Positions 40,016 to 52,186 of a stretch of 64,000 bases of DNA are shown here, one piece after another. The stretch is from Octopus sinensis (taxonomy: Eukaryota): contig NC_042998.1 in the NCBI RefSeq assembly GCF_006345805.1, positions 28,086,001 through 28,150,000 of the forward strand, given 5' to 3'. Both the position numbers and the translations under genes were made by a program. A model generated the notes under the pieces. The model saw nothing but the letters and a program-made list of their open reading frames with translations, searched no databases and was not told the DNA's origin. Positions within the stretch are counted from its first letter, which is position 1. Each line of letters begins with the position of its first letter.

Positions 40016-40230
40016 ACGGAGATGTACTTGCATATCAAGTGATCTGATCTGAGATCGTGTGCTGGAACGAAAACAATTGCAGCGTGGAAGGTGTTTATAA
40101 GCCATTTAAGAAACACAAAAAAACCGTTAGATTCACTTCAACATTTAAATTTAATTTGTCAAAATATTTTCGTCGCTTTGAGATCGCGACCCGTTCACTG
40201 ACAAAACTTTGTGCTGCATCTCAATATAAT
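40016..40230 (-). mobile_element. 215-bp hammerhead-bearing insertion with AATATT TSD
   Basis: Absent from the left arm of the inverted repeat; AATATT at 40010-40015 and 40231-40236. Confidence 0.8.
40155..40205 (-). ncRNA. Minimal type-I hammerhead fold, G3-C8 variant
   Basis: TTTGTCA GTGAACG G GTCGC-9nt-GCGAC GAAA ATAT TT TGACAAA; 7-bp stem I, 5-bp stem II; position 9 is G instead of A. Confidence 0.55.
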
Positions 40231-40411
40231 AATATTGATAATCATTTTTAGATTGTACTCACTGGATTACACTGTTAACTGGATAATTATTCTTGGTGCT
40301 TCATGGATATTTACCCGAGAATTGTGATAAAGCATTGAAAGTCGTTAAACAAGAAGAGTAAAAAAAATATTGGGAACCCAGTTCATGTGGGAGTTTCCGT
40401 TCTCCACCCGT

Positions 40412-40596
40412 TCAAATCTTTTTGGAATCATCCCTTGTTGTTGCCTCCAGTCGTTGTTCTGCCGTTAGGGTAATGTTATGCGTCGGTCATGTTTAGACTG
40501 GGTCATTGTCTTCGACTTGGCTGCGATGGCTGGCCCTATCATGAACAGTAGCTCTTCGACTCTATCGCTCACAGAGTCATAGAGCCGGGCAAACCT
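40412..40596 (-). pseudogene. PIF/Harbinger-like transposase N-terminal fragment (frameshifted)
   Basis: RFARLYDSVSDRVEELLFMIGPAIAAKSKTMTQS then (shifted frame) ITLTAEQRLEAT, resembling the F..LL..IGP.I.K..T.MR..I..EERL pattern. Confidence 0.5.
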
Positions 40597-41750
40597 TGTG
40601 TGAGTGTGTGTGTGTTTTACGTATTTCATGGCCAATCGGATGCCAATCACTTCCACATTGTATCACGCCATTCGAACCGATGCCAAACGCACGGCCATTC
40701 AAAGCACAGCCATTTATAGTTGCTTCACTAGATGCGTCTGTCTGAATGCCTCAGTATGAGTGTGCATCTGCATTCATTCGAACGACTATGGGTATCAAGC
40801 GGAGAGTCGCTCTAACTTCGAAAAAATTAATCTATACGTCTCTGAATAATATACATATTTGCAATGGTAATCATATTATATAGAAACTGATTGATATAGG
40901 ATGGAATTGGAGAGAGTATTAATAAATTCAAATCAGCGATAGCTTTCAAAACTGATTTGAATATTAAGTAGATAACTATGTTAATGATATGTATGAAATG
41001 CATGAGTGGTATATAGATTGGAATTTAGGTATCCGATATTCCTAGCGATATTTTACGGTACAACAGATATTTTGTGTGGTTTTTAAAATGGCTTTATGGC
41101 AGCAACCCAACGTAATCAAAAGTGTAGTTGCTTAAAAGCAAACATCGAGGTAAAATGGTAAAATAGTTCCATCACTCAATCAGTGTTCATAGTACTTTCG
41201 GAACTATCTAAAATAAGTTTCTTTTGATCTTTATATATACTTATTTTCCATTTGCATAATTAAATCATTTCTATAATAAATTCCCGGCAATTTAAATGAA
41301 ATAGCGAACTCTTGAATTTCGCAATATAAATACTTTACTGTCAGTATTTTCCAGTTCGTTCTACTTGAATATTGTTTGTTAATGTGGACATGCAGATCAG
41401 TGGTTCTCCTCCGGGATCCATAAAAGATTTTGTTGTTAAAATTTATGTACAATAAATTGCTTACACCTCTACAATGGACAAAGTATTTGGACAATTTTGT
41501 TTTATACAATTCCTAATAATATTTAATTATAAATGTATAGTGGGGTTGTTTTTTTAACATTGAATGACTACAAGGGCCAGTAGAGTAAAACAAGAATAAA
41601 AAGATTACACGAGCATAAAATGGTTGAGCACGACCGATGTAGATATACAGTTCGATTCTTTTTTGTCCAGCTCTATTAATTGTTCATTGGAGATATTTCA
41701 TTACATTCTCACAAAGATATAAGTATATTATCAATTATACATACAAACAG

Positions 41751-41870
<120 letters not shown>

Positions 41871-41889
41871 ATCTCTCTCTCTCTCTCTC

Positions 41890-41925
<36 letters not shown>

Positions 41926-41928
<3 letters not shown>

Positions 41929-42122
41929 AACGTTGTCGATTTTTTCCCTCCGTTTCCTTTTTCTATTGGACTATCCTCTGTCTCCTGTTTCTGAAGAAGA
42001 GCTTTACTCGAAACGTAAAACCACGTTTCTTTCCTTCATTGGGTGTCTGGTAATACTTTACATGTACCACGTCCTCGCGTTGTTGTTTTTTGTGTTTGTT
42101 CTTCGTTTATTTTATTCACTAT
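41926..42122 (+). mobile_element. Short pyrimidine-rich hammerhead-bearing element flanked by (TA)n-rich repeats
   Basis: Related by eye to the 44101, 51138 and 53218 elements around GAGC..CTCGAAACGTAAAA. Confidence 0.65.
41987..42021 (+). ncRNA. Minimal type-I hammerhead fold with intact canonical core
   Basis: GTTT CTGAAGA A GAG-cttta-CTC GAAA CG TA AAAC; GUA triplet, ACGT palindromic stem III. Confidence 0.7.
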
Positions 42123-42182
42123 ATGTATATATGTATACACATGTGTATATATAGATAGATAGATAGATAGACAGACATGCAT

Positions 42183-42227
<45 letters not shown>

Positions 42228-42864
42228 ATATATATATATGCATCTGTATCTACACACATACACCCCAGCTCAAACACGCACACACACACACACACACATA
42301 CACCCCAACTCAAACACACACACACAAACACGCACACATATACATACACATACACAGAGACATACATATACGTACAAATTCTACTTGATTTGTCTCAGCA
42401 AATAAGAGTCTCCCAGTTTCCAGACACGATATATTGTATTAATTATTTTATTCCTCTATGGCGTGGTTTGTTCCTACTTTAATTTTGTATTTCCACTTAG
42501 AGTTAATACGAATTCGTTTCCGAATAATAACAAAATACGAATGAAAAGAAAAATGGAACCTGATACATAATTCATATTAAACGAAGCAAGTTACATTAAA
42601 ATACCCCCAACGCTATATAATCGTCCAAATATTACAAAACAGTAATTAGAACTTAATAATTACAACAAATTCCAAATTTCTTTATTTGATGTTGCTTTTC
42701 TGATACTTCATCTCTTCAACGTAGCAATATACCTGGTGTGTTCCATCGTTTGTATAGCGACACAACCGTTTTCACCATTGCATGTTTCGACTAATATACC
42801 TACGTACAATTACTGCTAATGTGAAATTACACGCTATCTATGTGTATATATATATATATATAGT

Positions 42865-43183
42865 GAGGGCGCGTGGCTTAGTGGTTAGGGCATTCGGCTC
42901 ATGATCGTAAGGTTGTGAGTTCGATTCCCGGCGACGCGTTGTGTCCTTGAGCAAGACACTTTATTTCACGTTGCTCCAGTCCACTCAGCTGGCAAAAATG
43001 AGTTGTACTTGTATTTCAAAGGGTCAGCCTTGTCACTCTCTGTGTCACGCTGACTATCCCCGAGAACTACGTTAAGGGTACACGTGTCTGTGGAATGCTC
43101 AGCCATTTGCACGTTAATTTCACGAGCAAGCTGTTCCGTTGATCGTATCAGCTGGGACCCTCGTCGTCGTAACCGGCGGAGTC
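42865..43183 (+). mobile_element. SINE family C, tail type 3
   Basis: C head plus TCCTTGAGCAAGACAC domain plus the tail shared with family D copy 14839. Confidence 0.95.
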
Positions 43184-43185
43184 TT

Positions 43186-43280
<95 letters not shown>

Positions 43281-43519
43281 TTGAAACACTCCTGTCACAA
43301 CCTAGAACCTTGAAGACTGCTTTAATGCAAGTATACTAGTCCCTTAATATTTAATATTCAATATTTCATCTATTCAATAAGACAATCAATACATCATTTC
43401 ATTTTACTATATATATATATTATTTATACTATATATTCTATATTCTACATTAATATTATAAAGAATATCAATAAAACAAAAGAACAGAGTTGGAATTTCT
43501 TTGAATAACATATATATAA

Positions 43520-43605
<86 letters not shown>

Positions 43606-43694
43606 ATGTATATATATATAATTCAAAGAGTTAGAGAGTTAGAAAGTTAGAGAATGTGTAGTGACTAGCGATCTATCATATATATATATATAAA

Positions 43695-43883
43695 CTTTAT
43701 TATTATTAAGCTGCAAAAATATTACAAAAATATCACAAAACTTGCTACTCAGTGTTTCACGTTCTCGTTGGTCAGACAGTTTTGACTGAGAATCTAAACT
43801 TTCCGACGAACGAGAATGTGAAACTCTGAGTACCGATTTTTGTGATATGTTTGTGATGTTTTGCAGCTTCAATAATAATAAAG
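43695..43883. repeat. 189-bp imperfect palindrome
   Basis: CTTTATTATTATTAAGCTGCAAAA... versus ...TTTTGCAGCTTCAATAATAATAAAG; about 12-nt loop. Confidence 0.9.
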
Positions 43884-44036
43884 CATATTAATACATCTCC
43901 AGCACACGAGCACTACTTTTCCCACCTTGTTTCACATTAATGTGCTTACTTTGGTATCTATATGTATATGTATGTGTATATATATGTATATATATGTCTA
44001 TATATGTATATATATATATATGTATATCTATATATG

Positions 44037-44068
<32 letters not shown>

Positions 44069-44100
44069 TTATATATATATATTATATATATATATATATA

Positions 44101-44305
44101 ACGGGAAAGTTCACGAAAATAAACAAAAGACGAAGGCAGGTGGAGTACAAACAAACAAATGTATTAGTATAGCGCTCAGGAATAGAAATAGAAAAAAGTC
44201 TTTTACGTTTCGAGCCTACGCTCTTCGACAGAAAGATACACAGAAAAAAACAAGGAGTGAAAAGAATGCGTGTAGGAGCTAATGATCTATCATGGTGTCC
44301 TGACT
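44101..44305 (-). mobile_element. Short hammerhead-bearing element (family shared with 51138 and 53218)
   Basis: Near-collinear with 53218-53330; (TA)n flanks. Confidence 0.8.
44199..44236 (-). ncRNA. Minimal type-I hammerhead fold with U at position 6
   Basis: TCTTT CTGTCGA A GAGC-gtag-GCTC GAAA CG TA AAAGA. Confidence 0.6.
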
Positions 44306-44331
44306 ATATATATACATATATATATATGTAT

Positions 44332-44588
44332 GTTCCTTCTCAAGCCATGCCTGGCTCATAAGGGCCGGTTTCCCGGTTTCCGTGGCGTATAGGTTCCCCA
44401 CATGGACGTGACGCCGGTCCGTCGCAGGTGAGCTGCAAGATGCAGGAGGGAAAAGTGAGAGAAAGTTGTGGTGAAAGAGTAATCAGAAATTCGCCATTAT
44501 CTCAAGGACACAACGCGTCGCCTGGAATTGAACTCATGACCTTACGATCTTGAGCCGAATGCCCTAACCACTAAGTCACGCGCCTTCA
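44332..44588 (-). mobile_element. Chimeric SINE: family C head, family D body, tail type 2
   Basis: The C head ends at GTGTCCTTGAGA and joins TAATGGCGAA..CTCTTTCACCACAACTTTCTCTC of family D. Confidence 0.8.
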
Positions 44589-44829
44589 CTTAAAAACTGA
44601 ACTACTATGAAAAAATACCAAAACAGTGATGTTTCTTTATATCGTTTCTTTTTCTTTAGCAGAATTAAGTTTTTCGTAGAAATTCTTGTAGCAAACGCAT
44701 TGTATTACGAAACAATTCACACTAGAAAAATTTCGCAGACTAATTGCATTTTAGAGAAATTTTACTGCTTATTATGTAAAATTTTGTCAGTAAGTATTTA
44801 TGTTTACTAACATGCATTCATTACGATTT

Positions 44830-44963
44830 CAGTTCAAATTCTATCGAGGTCCACTTTGCCCTTCATCGTTTCGGGGTCGATTAAATAAGTACCAGCCAAT
44901 GTAATCGACTTTCCTCCTCCTCCTCCGAAATTGCTGGTCTTATGCCAAAATTTGAAATCAATA
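44830..44963 (+). mobile_element. SINE family A fragment
   Basis: AGTTCAAATT..CATCGTTTCGGGGTCGAT..GCCAAAATTTGAAA. Confidence 0.8.
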
Positions 44964-46233
44964 TTTCTGTGTATGTTGGCATTCTTATTATTTGTATGTT
45001 TAGTTAAATTAATTAATACAGTGAAATTATTACGTGAGAGTAATAATCTTCCATTTTGAATCACAAACGTTCATTGTTTTGATGACACTTGAATTCGAAG
45101 ACTTAGCAGAAGGAATATTGTTGGGCAACATGTTTTTCACAAAATGTGTGGAATGTAGAGAATGAAATTACGTGGGGATTACTAAAACGTTACACTTCCA
45201 ACACTCGAATAATTGGAAATGCATTGATTGTTTTCAGAAAGACGAGAGTTTAGTGAGGCTGTAACTGAATAATCTGCGGTTTGGAGTGAAATAAAAATAA
45301 CAAAATAAAATATACGATGATGCTACACACCATACCAGGAGTGTTATTGAAACATTAATTATGAATTTGAAGAATTGATCATAACCTTTGCTTTTAACAA
45401 TTGTTTAAAACGAATAAACTTAACGAATTCTTTGTTATTTATTTTGGCTGTGATTAAAATATAATTTGTCTCTGTATGAATGTTTTCATTTCAATTATTT
45501 GATCAACTGTGTTTCAGAATTATTTGATGGGCAAATTGCACGGAAAATAATGGCTCGGTTCCGTATATACTACATACACAATTACATGCATATAAACATA
45601 TGGAATAAAGATTATGAAAGTGTTTCGATACGTAATAGCTCCTTTACTTTTGTTTTTAATTTAAAATATCGCAGTATCATACATGGGATATATAGAAATT
45701 AAATGTACGTTAGGTGTGAAAAACTGCACCTCTAAAATTGCAGATACAAAATTAATTGAAAATATAGTTGTGCAATGAGGATTAGCTTTCGACAGTGTTT
45801 CAATCAAGCGGGAACATATGCAATAGAATAAATGTACAAACAGGCAAAGAACTAGTATCAGGTGTCAGGCTTACGATATTTACATATTTATACATTGCTA
45901 TAATTTGAGAGTAGAAATGAATGTTAGAAGAGTTAGTATTATGAGGGAGCAACAAAAGAGATATGTTGAGTAATGTTGTAGGTTGTCCCTTAGATGTGCA
46001 GTTAGTCCCTTACGACTCTTTCAAGAATAGATGCGCAGTTGGCTCGATTGGTCACTTGTCCTCTGAAGACAACAAGCATTTTAGTGGCAATCTGTTCCGT
46101 AAGTTACTTCAACGCATAAATATATGAATATCTTCATCTGACCTGACATCAGTTGTCTCCCTATTTCTACTTTTGTTCTATTATACATATTTATTGTATG
46201 TTAATCATATGTAAACATTCGTATATATATATA

Positions 46234-46285
<52 letters not shown>

Positions 46286-46289
<4 letters not shown>

Positions 46290-46502
46290 CTTTACTACCC
46301 ACAAGGGGCTAAACACAGAGTAGACAAACAAGGACAGACAGACAAAGGGATTAAGTCGATTACATCGACCCCAGTGCGTAACTGGTACTTATTTTATCGA
46401 CCCCGAAAGGATGAAAGGCAAAGTCGACCTCGGCGGAATTTGAACCCAGAACGTAACGGCAGACGAAATACGGCTACGCATTTCGCCCGGCGCGCTAACG
46501 TT
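46286..46502 (-). mobile_element. SINE family A monomer
   Basis: Standard core and tail; lies head-to-head with the family B copy at 46516. Confidence 0.9.
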
Positions 46503-46515
46503 ATATATATATATA

Positions 46516-46888
46516 GGCGCAGGAGTGGCTGTGTGGTAAGTAGCTTGCTTACCAACCACATGGTTCCGGGTTCAGTCCCACTGCGTGGCATCTTGCGCAA
46601 GTGTCTTCTACTATAGCCTTGTGAGTGGATTTGGTAGACGGAAACTGAAAGAAGCCCGTCGTATATATGTATATATATATGTGTGTTTGTGTGCCTGTGT
46701 TTGTCCCCCTAGCATTGCTTGACAACCAATGCTGGTGTGTTTACGTAGCCGTCACTTAGCGGTTCGACAAAAGAGACCGATAGAATAGGTACTGGGCTTA
46801 CAAAGAATAAGTCCCGGGGTCGATTTTCTCGACTAAAGGCGGTGCTCCAGCATGGCCGCAGTCAAACGGCTGAAACCAGTAAAAGAGT
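46516..46888 (+). mobile_element. SINE family B
   Basis: GGCGCAGGAGTGGCTGTGTGGTAAG head to AAAAGAG tail. Confidence 0.95.
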
Positions 46889-47608
46889 ATATATATATTA
46901 CAAGAGAAACACCGAAGACCAGCCACCAGATTCTCAGTTCATTTTCCATTACCGTATCCACTAAACTATCCGCGTTGTATACAAAGGATTACATACATAT
47001 TCGTAGTTATTTGATAAATACAAAGTCAGTCACCTAATCCTGTTACAACATATTGTAATCCTTCTATTTGTCGTAAATTGCCAATTGTATATTACTTTCT
47101 AAGTAAAGAATAGATAATAATATTTCATGTAACGTCGATTTCTTAACATATTGCAGTGTCTGGCTAGATTTGTAATTACGAAAAAGTTTCTCCGATAATT
47201 TATTTCAATACGGCGTTTGCTTTGAATGTCATTGACGTGCATTTTTCAGCAATATGCTTAATTCTCCACTCTGCACAGATTCTAATAGACAGGCGCATAA
47301 CAGATCTCGTCTAATCTGCAACATAATTGAAATGGTTTGTGTATGGCTGAGTTATATCAAGGCTAAGAGGATTAACGTTACTTTACAGCGCAAAAGTTAT
47401 TTTATTTCTTTTCTTTTGCCTTTCAGCTGATATGCTCGCCATGTAAACGTAAATAACTAAATGCAATAAAGTAAAGAAACCGCCATAATACGCCGTTATC
47501 AAAACTTGTGTTTGTATAGAGATTTAGACTTTAATTATGGAAACGACAGTGACCTCAACCCGGCATTATAGCCTTTCGGTATAGAAATGTTGTGCATGAA
47601 ACATGAAT

Positions 47609-47988
47609 TGTTGCTTGTTCGTTTGTTTGTTGAGCGCAACGGTCTTCGTCCCAGTGGGAGAAGTCCGAAAGGTGGTCCTTTGCTATTCGTAAGACCCGCA
47701 GAAGAGAAAGCAGGTCAACCCTCGACACCGAAAGCATCGACGGATGGATGAATGCGCATCCAGGCTCAGCGGTTGCGTAGGAAGTCGGGGACAAGAAACA
47801 GGAAGAAAGAGTGAGAGAAAGTTGGGGCGAAAGAGTACAACAGGGGTTGCCACCACCCCCTGCCGGAGCCTAGTGGAGCTTTAGGTGTTTTTTCTCAATA
47901 AACACACACGACGCCCGGTCTGGGAGTCGAAACCGCGATCCTCCGACCGCGATTCCGCTGCCCTAACCACTAGGCCATTGCGCCTCCA
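47609..47988 (-). mobile_element. SINE family D, tail type 4
   Basis: D head and body with a tail (..GACTTCCTACGCAACCGCTGAGCC..) not seen on the other copies. Confidence 0.9.
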
Positions 47989-48680
47989 CTGAATTTGCTG
48001 CTCAGTCATTGGCTATGATCAGCTCTGTTACATAATCGGTTGCTGTTGTTTAACCTGAGGTCAACTCTGACCATGTCTACGACGAAAGGCGTTTGCTCAA
48101 GGCAATATACTAGCTTATTTTTGGAGAGGCTGGGTACATAAGTGTGTACCACGGTATATAAGATTATATGTTTTGTCAAACCTTTTGAAAATGATGGGTG
48201 TCATTTGAACATCGTGTTGCTGTTATTTCGAACGAGCTGTTGCTGTTCTAATGATTGGAATAATATATTAATTGAAGCTGATTTTATGATTTTTTTTGAG
48301 TTGTTTAAACAGTAGGAAGGTTAAAGGACTGAGTTTAGTGGCATAATATAGTATATTATAAAGTATATATAATTTGTTTGAGGGCAAAGCTTCATGAAGC
48401 TTTAGAATCGGCTTTATTCTATCCACTTTGGTGTTATAGAGATGAGATTTTTGTATGTTGAACAACTCCTTCATGCTCTACCTTGTTCCTTGATATTTGT
48501 CTATCATTTACAGTGTTTTTTTGTCTGATGTCAGATGGCAAATGGAAGTTTCAAAATTTTCTCTTGATTACAATATACGGCTTTTGAGTATTATGTTTTT
48601 GTCTTATTTGTTGTGCCTTGTGTTACTGGTTTTAGACATTTGATATATTTGTTAATGTGATTTCTTTGTCAGTGTAGGTA

Positions 48681-49018
48681 TACTCTTTACTCTTTTACTT
48701 TTTTTACTTGTTTCAGTCATGTGAATGTGGCCATGCTGGAGCACCGCCTTAAGTCGAGTAAATCAACCCCATGACTTATTCTCTGTAAGCCTAGTACTTA
48801 TTCTATCGGTCTCTATTGCCGAACCGCTAATTTACGGGGATGTAAACACACCAGCATCGGTTGTGAAGCGATGTTGGGGGAACAAACACAGACACACAAA
48901 CATACACACACACACATATATATATATACATATATACGCGGGTTGCATACTTGGGTCAATCTAATCGACTGACCCCTGCCCAAATATTTCGGACCTTGTG
49001 CCTAGAGTAGAAAAGAAT
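48681..49018. mobile_element. SINE family B tail (minus, 48681-48938) plus family A tail fragment (plus, 48951-49018)
   Basis: CCATGCTGGAGCACCGCC..; CCTTGTGCCTAGAGTAGAAAAGAAT. Confidence 0.8.
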
Positions 49019-50020
49019 GTTTCCTATTTGGCGGACGTAGCTGAATAAGTCTCTATCTATAAAAACTATTATGGTTCCTGCTTTCTCTATTATATGTTTT
49101 ATTTTTTCTAGCGTGGGTAACATTGTTTAGCTGTTGTTGATTACTAGAGATTTGCTTTTATATTTTCTAAAAACAAATACGAACAAGCTGATTCTGTAAT
49201 ATTTCGCTTTATATTTCTGTGAGAATTCTTCAACATTTCCAGTCAAGCTGTCTTGTTTATCAAAACTTTCTTGGGGTGTATTGCATTAGAATCAGGTGTG
49301 AAAAACCATGATATTTTGCATTACAGACAGATTTTTAAAAAAAAGTCAGAGATAACTTACAAAATAACAGTATTTAAATATCATGTAGAATGTTTATCAA
49401 CAAAAGACTTTCTTTTTGAATATTGCTGCAAGCAATCTTATAAGTAATGAAGTTTCACATACATACACACACATATACATACATACATACATACATACAT
49501 ACATACATACATACATACATACATACATACATACATACATACATACATACATGCATACATACATATTTACATACATACATACATGCAAACATATATACAA
49601 ACATTTATATGTATATATATATACATATATATATATACACATACATGCATACATATATACATATATATATATATATGTGTATATATATATATACATATAT
49701 ATAAATGTATATATATACATGTATATACTAACACACACACATATATAAAAGTATATATATGTATATGTATAACATTATATATAAAAATTTGTATGTGTGT
49801 GTGTATGTATATATATATATATCTTCACATATATGTATATATATATGTACGTATATTTGTACGTGTGTGTGTGAATGTGTTTGTATATGTGTTTGTGTAC
49901 GTGTGTGCGTTTCTATAGCAAGGAAACAGTGGTGCACGTGAAGCGGAGGTGTCGAAGTAGAAAAGAGAAAAAAAACAGGTGTGGATTCTTCGTTGTCGAA
50001 CAAAACCGGAGCGCCAGAAG

Positions 50021-50136
50021 CTGTGAGTGGGAGTGAGTGGGTGGAATATCTGTGAGTAGGAGTGAGGGGGTGGACTATCTGTGAGTAGGAGTGAGGGGGT
50101 GGACTATCTGTGAGTAAGAGTGAAGGGGTGGACTTC
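50021..50136 (+). repeat. 29-bp G-rich minisatellite, 4 copies
   Basis: CTGTGAGTAGGAGTGAGGGGGTGGACTAT at 50021, 50050, 50079 and 50108. Confidence 0.95.
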
Positions 50137-50199
50137 TGCTAGTGCTGGTGTGAATGTATAGAGCGACGGGTGGAAGTTAGCTGGTGTGTATGTGCGTTG

Positions 50200-50352
50200 A
50201 TATTCCACTGACGTCGACTTTGTCTTTCATCCGTTCGGTGTCGATTAAATAAGTACCAGTGACGCACTGGGGTCGATGTAATCGAGTTTTATCCCTTTGT
50301 CTGTCCTTGTTTGTCCTCTCTATGTTTATCCCACTGTGGGCAATAACGAAAT
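50200..50352 (+). mobile_element. SINE family A, 5'-truncated
   Basis: GTCGACTTTGTCTTTCATCC core and tail. Confidence 0.85.
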
Positions 50353-50484
50353 ATATATATGTGTGTGGGTTCGAGGAGACCCAAGATGTGGGTAGAAGAG
50401 AAGATCATAGGCATGGTATGGGCGGAGGTACAAAGTGCCTGGGACGGTGTGAGGAAGTGGATGGGAACCGAAGGACCACACACA

Positions 50485-50532
<48 letters not shown>

Positions 50533-50683
50533 ATTCACAAACATATACATACACATACACGCACACACATACACGCAAACACATATGTATGTATATATGT
50601 TACATATGATACGTGTGCAAACGTTCAGGGGCTTAAATATATTTAATGCATATATAGCCTTTATATATATATATATATATATA

Positions 50684-50874
50684 CAGTAATCCCTCGGAAT
50701 ATTGCGGTTCACTTATCGCGTACTCAGTATATCACGGTTAACTTTTCGCGCACTCAGTTCATTGCGGATTTTTCAGGCTAATATATGTAAATTTATATTG
50801 CGGACTCCTCAGTATATCCTGGTTTCTGCGGGAGATTTTGGGACGTAACACCCACGATAGTCGAGGGATTACTC
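50684..50874. mobile_element. Tigger/pogo-like MITE
   Basis: TA|CAGTAATCCCTCG ... CGAGGGATTACTC|TA terminal inverted repeats with TA flanks. Confidence 0.85.
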
Positions 50875-50965
50875 TATGTATTTACAAAAACATCTATTAC
50901 TTTTTCTATCTAGACATATTAAATACACACATATACTTACATACGTAGGCGTATACACATTTTTC

Positions 50966-51003
<38 letters not shown>

Positions 51004-51083
51004 TTATCTATCTATCTCTTTCTCTCTCTCTATATATATATGTGTGTGTGTATATATATACATATACATATATATATACATAT

Positions 51084-51137
<54 letters not shown>

Positions 51138-51139
<2 letters not shown>

Positions 51140-51285
51140 GAGAATTCACAAAAAAAGAAAAAAAAGAAGACAGGTAGTGTAGACAACAAACGAATTTATT
51201 AGTTTACCGCTCGGGAAGTGTAAAAGTTTTTAACGTTTCGGGCCTACGCTCTTACACACAAAGGAACACAGAAAGAAACAGGGGT
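51138..51285 (-). mobile_element. Diverged copy of the 44101 family with a degenerate hammerhead core
   Basis: CCTTT GTGTGTA A GAGC-gtag-GCCC GAAA CG TT AAAAA at about 51226-51264. Confidence 0.65.
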
Positions 51286-51795
51286 ATGTATGTATGTATG
51301 TATGTATGTATGTATGTATGTATGTATGTATGTATGTATGTATGTATGTATGTATGTATGTATGTATGTATGTATGTATATGTATGCACGCATTCCCCCA
51401 TACACACTTAGATTCAGAGGTGTATGTGTAAAGTAAATATGTTTTAATTGGTCTAAAGCAATTTATTATACCACAAATTCGAATAATACGAAAAACGCAC
51501 CATTTCTGTTATGGGAGGATGCGAAAATTAATTGTTCGTAAACAATGTTGATGCGTTCTACCTGCATGCTGCTATAGAAGCTGTGCACGCTAACAATACA
51601 GGTGTTGTTTGCGTATTGTTCTGTGTTGAAAAGTACCATGTATTGTAACCTACGTGCTTAGATGCGCTTTGTTTCTTGCTCAAGGCGACTCTTTAGAGCG
51701 TGGGTGGTGTGGAAATAAAGCATGACGTGTTGGTGTACATACACACAAACACACATATACATATACATGTGATTGTGTGTGTGCATATATGCAAA

Positions 51796-52186
51796 TCTCT
51801 CTCTATATATATATAAAGCTGAAGTTGTCTGTGTATGGCAGGTTTGGTAGCCTTCAACTAACACTATCTCCGAGACCCTGCGGAGTTGACCAAAATTAAG
51901 AGAATGATAGAAGACGGTTTGCTCTTCCTTCCGTAGAAGAAAATATTCAAATCGGACCATGTTAACACCAAAAATTATTTACATCAAAAAGGTGCTTTTT
52001 TTCTATAAAAATCCCTACTTTTTACGATTTTTTGACTGCTGTGTCGCCAGTTTTCGGTGTATTTCAACGAAAAAGATGTTTACTTAAAGAGAATAACAAG
52101 CTACATATTGCAAAATTTATAATTTTCAAAAATTCCAATTCTAAAGAGACAAAACAAACCCGAGCAACGCCAGGCGATACTGCTAG
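51796..52186 (+). mobile_element. Non-autonomous Helitron
   Basis: A|TCTCTCTCTATATA... CCCGAGCAACGCCAGG (52159-52174), 8 nt, CTAG|T. Confidence 0.9.

Larger units (their letters stand above)
37852..40302. repeat. Long inverted repeat pair (arms 37852-38164 and 39769-40302) enclosing about 1.6 kb
   Basis: GAAGAACCAAGAATAATTATCCAGTTAACAGTG.. versus ..CACTGTTAACTGGATAATTATTCTTGGTGCTTC; the right arm carries a 215-bp insertion. Confidence 0.9.

Noticed and set aside
47427-47448. Plus-strand micro-exon after a strong pyrimidine tract
   Set aside because: The possible lengths (16 or 22 nt) are not frame-preserving and there is no supporting neighbouring exon.
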